Below are positions 56,658 through 64,000 of a stretch of DNA of 64,000 nucleotides, one piece after another. This DNA is from Anaerohalosphaeraceae bacterium. GTDB taxonomy: Bacteria > Planctomycetota > Phycisphaerae > Sedimentisphaerales > Anaerohalosphaeraceae. Under the pieces are notes generated by a model, which did no database searches, had not been told where the DNA came from, and saw only the letters and a program-made list of their open reading frames with translations. The translations under genes were made by a program, and so were the position numbers. The DNA lies in NCBI GenBank assembly GCA_963675525.2, contig CAXXSL010000020.1, positions 1-64,000 on the forward strand. The letters run 5' to 3'. How positions within the stretch are numbered: the first letter of the stretch is position 1; each line of letters starts with the position of its first letter.

Positions 56658-59600
56658 TTATTGTGAAAAACTCTGGATTTCCTGCTGTGTCATCGCCGTG
56701 TTATAGATTCGGACCTCATCGATCAGGCCCTGGAAGTAACGGGGACCGCCGGCGGCTAAATACGCGCCGATCTTAACATCTTCAGCCGAACCGCTATTGA
56801 TCGGCTCGTCCGCAAAGGAGCTAACCGTTTCAAGCTGACCGTCAACATACAATTGAGCTTCCGCAATATCCGGGCTGCCGTCATCGGCGACCACAACGGC
56901 AACATGGTGCCATGTGTCGTTATTGATGACGGTGGTGCCGATAATATTGCCGCCCTGGACTTCCGCGCGAAGCTGACCGCCTTCATTAACACGAATGACC
57001 CAGCGGCCGCCATTGTATTCTTCGCCCCACGTCAGGATCTCACCGGAGACCGAAGCGGTTTTAACCCAAGCCATACAGGTACGGCTGCCACCGCCGGGAA
57101 TGCCTTGATAGCCGGACACTTCGACATGGTCGTTCGTGCCGTCAAACAGCAGGGCATTGCCGGAATGGCCCAAATCCCATGTCGGAGCATTGACAAGCGT
57201 GCCTGGCCGCCAATAGATCGAATTATCGTATGCCGTATCGCCGCTTGTTTCGTCGAATTTCAAATGAAGCTGCAGGACTTCATCACCCAGCCAGTTATGG
57301 GCTAATACTGAGAAATCTGAGATGGTGACATCATCATCGCCGTCCAGATCCGCACCGTCACAGGCAGGGACATCCACACAATCCAGCGACAGCCATTGAG
57401 CCGCAAGGCCGGCCAGGTCTTCGGTGCCTCGGACGCCGGAATAGACATTGGCAATGTTAATCGTCATCGTGGCGGTATCGTACAAGCCTGATTGATTTTC
57501 GACGCGAACCGTGAACGTATCCGTGCCGGAGATTGAATCGGTCGGGATTCCGGAAAGCGACCCATCTGGCGAGACAACCAACCATTCGGGACCTGAGTCT
57601 TTGCTGAAGACTCCACCAGGGGCATCTACGTATGTTGATAGTGATTGACCCATGTAGCCAACAAGCTCAATTCCGGCATCATTACTTATCGGATCGACCG
57701 TAAATGATGGCGGATTATTCAACGCTGCAATCTCCGAATCTGACAAAGCATAATCGTAAATACGGAAATCGTCTATGCGTCCGTTAAAGAGCGGATCATT
57801 GGACCACTGACTTTTTCCGATATAGTTCACAGTTGGATTCAAATCGGATGGATTAATTGTCATGGCCGTATTAATGTCTTTAAGTTGGCCATTAACATAT
57901 AGTTTGCCGGTGTCTGCACCGACCGTAACAGCCACATGCACCCATTGACCGATAGCTAATTCAGTGGTTTTAAGTTTCTGTGAAGTTGCACCTCCTCCAG
58001 AACCGGTAAAAAGAAACGTCAGCTCATTACTGGAAGCATTCGGAGTTAATATCATGTACTCATATGTACCGGTACCAAAATCAAAAATTCGCTGCCAAGT
58101 ACCCCCGCCGTCCCAGTTCACCCATGCGGCGACTGTAATATCTTCTGTATTGGCAATACCGGAAGGCAGGGTAACATAATCGTCGCTGCCGTCAAGATCG
58201 ATGGCCTGACCGAGGATTCCGGTTGTGTACGCAGGACTTCCTGTCGGTGTCCCGTGATTGGTCCCAGCACTATCATTGGCGGTGTTCTCAAACTCATAGT
58301 GAGCATCCGCGGGTCCATAGACCGTAATGTGAGCGTTCACATCATCTGTCGCGCCAGAAGAATCTGTAACGCGAGCGACGAAGGTATTTACCCCCCGGTC
58401 AGCGGAACCGGGTGTGCCGGAAAGGGTACCATTGGTGCCCACACTCAGCCATAGCGGACCACTAACTTTGCTGAAGGTTAATGGATCGCTGTCCGGATCA
58501 GATGCGTAGTCCGCCAGCGTCATACCCGTGTAAGCAACACTCTCGTCTCCGTCAGGCAGGATGAGCGGATCGGCATCAAATACCGGCGGATTGTTGGCAC
58601 TTTGACCCCACAGATTCCAGACCTCAGAGCCGGCCAGGGCGTAGTTATAAATGCGGAAGTCATCAATGCGTCCATTAAAGTGTGGATCCGCACTATACTG
58701 ACTGTCGCCGATATAGTTCCGATCCGCCAGAAGACCAGCCGGATCAAGGGTCATGCTATCGTTTGACGCAACCGGCTGTCCGTTGACATATAACGTGCCC
58801 GTATCACCTCTTAAGGTCACGACCAGATGCACCCACTGGTTGGTGGATAGCTGTGTTGTGTTTAACTCTTGTTGTTGGTCCTGGTCTTTGATACGAAATC
58901 GCAACGTGTTGCTGCCGGAACGCGGCGTCAGTAACATGTAATTTGAAGTGCTGGCTCCGAAGTCAAAGATACGCTGCCATTGATTGCCGCCATCCCAGTA
59001 CACCCACGTTGCAATTGTGATATCTTCTGCATCGGCCACGCCTGCCGGCAACGTAACATAGTCATCGGTTCCGTCCAAGTCGATCGCCTGCCCGACTTGG
59101 CCGATGGTGTAGGCCGGAGAACCAGTGGTTGTTCCGTCATACGAACCGATACTGTCATTTGAATTATTTTCAAAATCCCACTGGCTAACCTGTCCCTGGA
59201 TCGTCAGACGTCGAGTGCGGCTGTTCAGAGTTTCACCTGCTCCAGTCGCCGCGCAATAGTAAATGCCCTCATCACTCAGATCGGCATTCGCAATTCGCAG
59301 CGTTGATCGGGTTGCGCCGGAAATATCGCCGCCATCAGATAAAGGCGCGCCATCCTTATACCATTGATAGGTTGTTGAGGTCGGCGACTCGACACCAAAG
59401 TATGCTGTTTCGCCAAGGGCAGCAACCTGGTGCTCAGCTTCCTTGCTATAGGACATAATGCCCATATCACACCTTAGAACTGCTTGGCTTCGTACGCATT
59501 TGATGCGTTCCATGTAGCTGCTGTCCTCGCTATCATAATTCATCGCCCACGGCCATACTGCATGGCCATCTCCGTGCAGGCCATCAGCATAGGGACTCCC

Positions 59601-59996
59601 CATTTCAATCGCACGCTTTCGAGCATAGAATCCCTGCCAGACGCCGCCGGCTATCAAACTCGAATATGACGGCGAGCCTGTGTATGTCCCCATTCCCATT
59701 GTGTGGCATATTTCATGCAGAGTCACACGGGTATTGCGCGTGCCCCCAAATGTTATGGTGCCGGCGTAATTCGCCTGAGCAGTCGGCACACCGGAATTAT
59801 AGTAGACATTAAGATGTTTATTAAATGAGCCGTACTTGTTGTAGATTGGCACCGCTTCCTGTACGGAATTTGTGATTTGGGCTGCAATGCCCGCGTCCAC
59901 GCCGCTCAGGTGCAGCGAATAGGTAATGTCGGCAAAAACAGTTGATGATACAACAAGTAAAAAAACGAATCCCCAAACAACACGTCTGTAATCCAT
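56658..59996 (-). CDS. Secreted protein: HExxH zincin-like N-domain, Ig, three LamG, cadherin-like and dockerin-like domains
   Basis: Signal peptide; LHEICHTMGMG; YQWYKDG..DEGIYYC; WQRIFDFG twice; GRIDDFRIY. Confidence 0.85.
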   Translation of the reverse strand: MDYRRVVWGFVFLLVVSSTVFADITYSLHLSGVDAGIAAQITNSVQEAVPIYNKYGSFNKHLNVYYNSGVPTAQANYAGTITFGGTRNTRVTLHEICHTMGMGTYTGSPSYSSLIAGGVWQGFYARKRAIEMGSPYADGLHGDGHAVWPWAMNYDSEDSSYMERIKCVRSQAVLRCDMGIMSYSKEAEHQVAALGETAYFGVESPTSTTYQWYKDGAPLSDGGDISGATRSTLRIANADLSDEGIYYCAATGAGETLNSRTRRLTIQGQVSQWDFENNSNDSIGSYDGTTTGSPAYTIGQVGQAIDLDGTDDYVTLPAGVADAEDITIATWVYWDGGNQWQRIFDFGASTSNYMLLTPRSGSNTLRFRIKDQDQQQELNTTQLSTNQWVHLVVTLRGDTGTLYVNGQPVASNDSMTLDPAGLLADRNYIGDSQYSADPHFNGRIDDFRIYNYALAGSEVWNLWGQSANNPPVFDADPLILPDGDESVAYTGMTLADYASDPDSDPLTFSKVSGPLWLSVGTNGTLSGTPGSADRGVNTFVARVTDSSGATDDVNAHITVYGPADAHYEFENTANDSAGTNHGTPTGSPAYTTGILGQAIDLDGSDDYVTLPSGIANTEDITVAAWVNWDGGGTWQRIFDFGTGTYEYMILTPNASSNELTFLFTGSGGGATSQKLKTTELAIGQWVHVAVTVGADTGKLYVNGQLKDINTAMTINPSDLNPTVNYIGKSQWSNDPLFNGRIDDFRIYDYALSDSEIAALNNPPSFTVDPISNDAGIELVGYMGQSLSTYVDAPGGVFSKDSGPEWLVVSPDGSLSGIPTDSISGTDTFTVRVENQSGLYDTATMTINIANVYSGVRGTEDLAGLAAQWLSLDCVDVPACDGADLDGDDDVTISDFSVLAHNWLGDEVLQLHLKFDETSGDTAYDNSIYWRPGTLVNAPTWDLGHSGNALLFDGTNDHVEVSGYQGIPGGGSRTCMAWVKTASVSGEILTWGEEYNGGRWVIRVNEGGQLRAEVQGGNIIGTTVINNDTWHHVAVVVADDGSPDIAEAQLYVDGQLETVSSFADEPINSGSAEDVKIGAYLAAGGPRYFQGLIDEVRIYNTAMTQQEIQSFSQ
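56695..57406. repeat. ~712-bp near-identical repeat, copy 2
   Basis: Direct repeat of 52579-53290, offset 4116. Confidence 0.95.
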
Positions 59997-60097
59997 AAAA
60001 CATCCCCGTGAATAGTCTATTTTGTTTCGAGGTCTAAGATTGAAATCCCCATTTGAAGGCTTAAAACCACACTTTCAACAATGTAGTATTAATAATC

Positions 60098-60126
60098 ATA
60101 ATAAGAAAATCAGCTTAAATTGTCAA
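60098..60126 (-). promoter_or_regulatory. Sigma70 promoter TTGACA-N17-TATTAT
   Basis: Consensus upstream of the 59996 start. Confidence 0.6.
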
Positions 60127-60278
60127 GATTTTCCTTCTTTATCGCTAATAAACACAATCCTTACATAATAGGATGGTCATTAATGCGAAATTTTAAACCA
60201 ATTGCTGTCTATTTCCCGAAAAATAATTGTGGTTGTTGTCTTGAATTTGGCGGGTAGATGTGTTAAAAAGTTTTCCCC

Positions 60279-61676
60279 ATGACTAAATTTGAACGAAAAA
60301 TCCTGTTTTTATGCTTAAGTGCATTCTGGCTATCCGGTTTATGCCGGGGGGGTTCTATTGACCAAATCATCCAGCATCATAAACAGGCCAAAACGCAATT
60401 CGCGATTTTGGCGATTGATGTCCAAAGCGGCAAGACCCTCTATCAGAAGAACGCCGATAAGCCGATGATCCCGGCTTCAAACATGAAAGTGGTAACGTCT
60501 TCGGCCGCCCTTCGCTATCTGGGAGTAAATTATGTCTTCCGGACAAAAATCGGGCGGCTTGGAAATCATCTCATTATCATCGGCGGTGGCGACCCGTTGC
60601 TGGCGGAACCCAAACTTGACCCACAGGATGGCCGCTCAATAGGCCGGATATTTGATGAGATCATTTCAGCGATAAAAGATGATGGAATCACAGAGATTGA
60701 TGACCTTATCGTGGATGTTAGTTTTTTCGACAACAATCGGGTTCATCCTTCATGGCCGGCGGACCAACTCAACCAATGGTATGCCTGCGAGGTCAGCGGA
60801 CTGAACTTCAACAACAACTGTATTCGTATTACCGCCAGCCGGGTTGAGAACAAACCGTTTCTCAGCATGGAACCGGAGAACTCGTGTGTTAGGCTTGTCA
60901 ACCAGTTGAAAATGATCTCAAAAGGCTCCAGTGCCGTGGGGGCTTACCGGAATTCTGTCCCGAACAAACTGCTGATCAAGGGCAAGTTAAATCAAAGCGC
61001 CGGTTTTGACGTTGCGATCGAGAACCCGCAGTCGCTTTTTGCTTCTCTCCTTTCCGACCGTCTGAAAGCCGCCGGAATATCGATCCGTGGCAGCATTCTC
61101 CAGAAGTATGTCAAAAATAATGATGCAATCCAAATATTGCGTACATTTGAAACGCCGATCAGCGAGGTTTTGTCCCGCTGCAATAAAGACAGTCTTGGAT
61201 TGGCCGCCGAATGTCTGGTCAAGACGATCTCGGCGGAAAACACCCAGGGCCAAATCAACGGGGAATGGCCGCATGGCAGTGCGTTGATAACCCGCTACCT
61301 GAAATCACTCGGTATTCCTGAGGATCAATTCGTTCTTGATGACGGCAGTGGGCTCAGCCGGAAAAACAGACTTTCGCCGACGGTTCTGGTTACCGTATTA
61401 AAAGATGCTTATACCGGCAGCACGCGTCAGATGTTCACGGAATCCCTGGCCGCCGGCGGAGCGGATGGGACGGTTTCAAAGTATTTTCGCGAAAGCCCTT
61501 ACAAAGGCAATATCCTCGGAAAAACCGGATATATCTCTGATGTTCGCTCTTTTTCCGGCATCTGCAGGACACCGCAAGGGGATGTTCTTTTCAGTGTTTT
61601 GACCGAAGGGGGAAACGGAAAGACACGTGCTTGCATCAACGATATTACCAAAGCGATCTTTGACCGTCATTTTTAG
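60279..61676 (+). CDS. dacB: D-Ala-D-Ala carboxypeptidase/endopeptidase (PBP4, S13)
   Basis: PASNMK (SxxK), GGGDP, DGSGLSR, KTG. Confidence 0.93.
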   Translation: MTKFERKILFLCLSAFWLSGLCRGGSIDQIIQHHKQAKTQFAILAIDVQSGKTLYQKNADKPMIPASNMKVVTSSAALRYLGVNYVFRTKIGRLGNHLIIIGGGDPLLAEPKLDPQDGRSIGRIFDEIISAIKDDGITEIDDLIVDVSFFDNNRVHPSWPADQLNQWYACEVSGLNFNNNCIRITASRVENKPFLSMEPENSCVRLVNQLKMISKGSSAVGAYRNSVPNKLLIKGKLNQSAGFDVAIENPQSLFASLLSDRLKAAGISIRGSILQKYVKNNDAIQILRTFETPISEVLSRCNKDSLGLAAECLVKTISAENTQGQINGEWPHGSALITRYLKSLGIPEDQFVLDDGSGLSRKNRLSPTVLVTVLKDAYTGSTRQMFTESLAAGGADGTVSKYFRESPYKGNILGKTGYISDVRSFSGICRTPQGDVLFSVLTEGGNGKTRACINDITKAIFDRHF

Positions 61677-62690
61677 TTGTTTGAAGAAGAGGCCATTTCC
61701 CCTGTCAGTTCTTCAATAAGATCCGTGATTGTTACAATCCCAACGGCATGTTGATGCGTCCCGCTTTGTTCGGTAACAAGTGCAATTTTGACATGTTGAT
61801 TGCGCAGGATGTTGATCGCTTCCAATACGGACGTCTGATGGTCAATTTTCTGAATTTCTACCATGGTAACCTCTCTCAGGTCTTCGAAGAGGATCCTTTT
61901 TCCCCAGTATCTCATAAACAGGAATATATCCCACGATATTTTGTTTTTTGTTTTCGTAAACAAGCTGACGGGTATGGCTGCTGTGTTTGAGATGTTCAAG
62001 CAGATCAGTGTAAGTTGAATGAACCGGAACCATCTGAACATGGTTAAGTTTTATCATGACAGTCTGCAGGGTCATTCCGGGAATATCGATCAACCGGGCC
62101 ATCATGTTCTTTTGTGATTCTGACAGCAGTCCTTCTTCCTGTGTTTCGTGGATGATCTGATGGACCTGATGCCGCTGACTGAGATCGACGGCCTTGGCGG
62201 CATCGATGTCCAGCCGGAACAGCATGGAAAGGATTCGGAAAATCCATTTTAGCATGGGAACCACGCCGGAGTACATCGACAGGCGAAAGAAAAACCAGGT
62301 CAACCAGGACAGTCTCGGCACCAACGTATTGGCTTTATAATAGAAAATATTTTTGGGGACGATCTCGCCGAAAATAAATATCACGGGGGTCAGGATCGCC
62401 GTGGTGTAGATCTCGGCGGTGTAATGGTTTTGGGTATGATGAAAGAGGATGATCGTGAAAAGGCTGGTGATCGCGTAATTGACCAAGTTGGTCCCCAAAA
62501 GAAGCGAAAGAATCAACCCCTGCCCATCGCGCATAATCGAAAAGAGCCGTTTGTAACGTGGTTTCCCTTGTTCGGCGCCAATGCGCATCTGAAGCCGGCT
62601 CAGTCGGTAAACCCCCGTTTCTGTACCCGAAAAAAAAGCGGCAAGCGGGATGAGCAGAAAGGGCAAACATAATTGAAAAAATAGTTCCAT
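61673..62690 (-). pseudogene. CNNM(DUF21)-CBS protein interrupted by a frameshift near 61885-61905
   Basis: AFFSGTETG, FGEIVPK in one frame; second CBS (AVGIVTITDLIEEL) continues in the +1 frame. Confidence 0.75.
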
Positions 62691-62693
62691 AAT

Positions 62694-64000
62694 CTATGTC
62701 TTATCGTATCTTGTTTTCGGTTCATTTTGTACAATCGGTTCCAAAGAGAGGATAATCGTCTGAATGCGATTGTTTTGAACGGTTTCCACCGTAAATTTCA
62801 TGTTTTTAAACAGGACTGTTTCTCCCTCTTTGGGGATTTTTCCCAGCAGGGTCATGACGAAGCCGGCGATGGTTGTCAGTCGCTGTTCTTCGATGTCGAT
62901 GCCGAAAGCTTCTCCCCAGTCGTGAATCGAAAGTCCTGCCAGAAGTCGGTATGTCAGGGGGCCGATCTGTTCGATCGGGTCCCGGTCGGCAACATCTTCC
63001 ATGGGTCCGAGCAATTGCTCAATAATATCTTCAAATTGAATCCATCCGGCAATGCCGCCGTATTCATCCACCACGACAGCGATATCCGTATGGGTTTGTT
63101 TAAAGTAATCGATCAGTGATTCCACGGATTTCTGTTCAGGGATAAATTGTACTTTTCTGACAAGCGAAGCGGCAGGGCGGTCGGGGTTCAGGAAAATATC
63201 CCGTAGATAGATGATGCCCACGGTGGAATCCAGTGATTTTGTATAAACCGGAATCTTGACGAGCCCCTTTTGAATCATTTCCTGTTTGATCTGTTCAACC
63301 GGAGCGTAAATCGAACAAGCCGACATTTCAACGCGGGGTTGCATGACATGGCGTGCCTTCAAAAAACTGAATTTCAGGATTTCCGTCAGAAGCTGGTTTT
63401 CATCGTTGCTGATGAGGCCCTGCCGATGGGACGATTCCAGAAGGACTCGTAATTGATTAACGGATACTTCTGCTGAAGTCTCCGGACGAACAAAGAGACG
63501 AACTGAAGGCCGAACGATCAGAAAATCCAGTATCTTTAAAATGGGACTTAATATCCGAATCAGGAGGTAGCATGCGGGTGCAGCAAATCTACAAAACCGC
63601 TTCGAATTGGAATACGCCAGGGACTTTGGCAACATCTCGCCGCAAAGTAAAAGGGCCAAAAAAGATATCAACGCGAACAAGGTCCCATAGGCGGCCCCGG
63701 CTGCTTTTCCGATCTGTAGCGAGAACATACTTGAAGCGGCGCAAAAAAGAATATTGACGGCCATGTTCCCGAATAATAAAGCTGTCAGAAAACGATTTGG
63801 ATCGGAAAGAATCGTCGCGATCAGCCGTTCGATTCTCACGGCAGAGTGGGAAAGTTTGTGTATCTGACGACGGGGAAGATTGAAAAACGCCGTTTCGGAA
63901 CCTGAAAAGAAGGCCGAAAAGACCAATAAAACAACCATGAACACCGTTCGCCAAAGATGTTCGAATATCGCGGCTGCCAAAATGTGATACGAATAATCCA
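62694..64000 (-). CDS. Hemolysin-family CNNM-CBS-CorC protein (start probably at or just outside the window edge)
   Basis: SAFFSGSETA, GEMLPK, VMQPR, VVDEYGG, TIAGF; frame open to the window end. Confidence 0.92.
   Translation of the reverse strand, partial: DYSYHILAAAIFEHLWRTVFMVVLLVFSAFFSGSETAFFNLPRRQIHKLSHSAVRIERLIATILSDPNRFLTALLFGNMAVNILFCAASSMFSLQIGKAAGAAYGTLFALISFLALLLCGEMLPKSLAYSNSKRFCRFAAPACYLLIRILSPILKILDFLIVRPSVRLFVRPETSAEVSVNQLRVLLESSHRQGLISNDENQLLTEILKFSFLKARHVMQPRVEMSACSIYAPVEQIKQEMIQKGLVKIPVYTKSLDSTVGIIYLRDIFLNPDRPAASLVRKVQFIPEQKSVESLIDYFKQTHTDIAVVVDEYGGIAGWIQFEDIIEQLLGPMEDVADRDPIEQIGPLTYRLLAGLSIHDWGEAFGIDIEEQRLTTIAGFVMTLLGKIPKEGETVLFKNMKFTVETVQNNRIQTIILSLEPIVQNEPKTRYDKT

Noticed and set aside
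61895..61906. Programmed -1 ribosomal frameshift at GGGGAAAAAG
   Set aside because: The shift needed is +1, and the run is not an in-frame X-XXY-YYZ heptamer

Overview
64-kb bacterial chromosomal segment. The gene content points to an anaerobic planctomycete, probably class Phycisphaerae (inference from tandem Zn-ribbon signal peptidases I, secreted proteins with dockerin-like '..WL' tails, NfnAB and lpxI). Housekeeping genes include gyrA, holA, nfnAB, pyrK-pyrD, lpxD-lpxI, dacB, queE, trpR-trpB2, corA, csp, HU/IHF and tRNA-Tyr. Between them lie accessory blocks: an Rhs toxin with a lipase-like tip and two candidate immunity genes, an AbiE toxin-antitoxin pair, a low-GC FRG-domain cassette, a two-partner secretion pair, and two large secreted proteases sharing a ~98% identical 3' module. 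Four signals stand out as least explained. (1) A leader-peptide/terminator attenuator precedes pyrK-pyrD. (2) A 21-bp-periodic element occurs three times, bracketing the AbiE cassette and forming the tail of an HTH gene next to the FRG cassette. (3) Unrelated short palindromic repeats are stacked at the same few intergenic sites. (4) Local C/A-to-G/T skew flips are centred on several of those sites. All family assignments come from motif recognition by eye; no searches were run.
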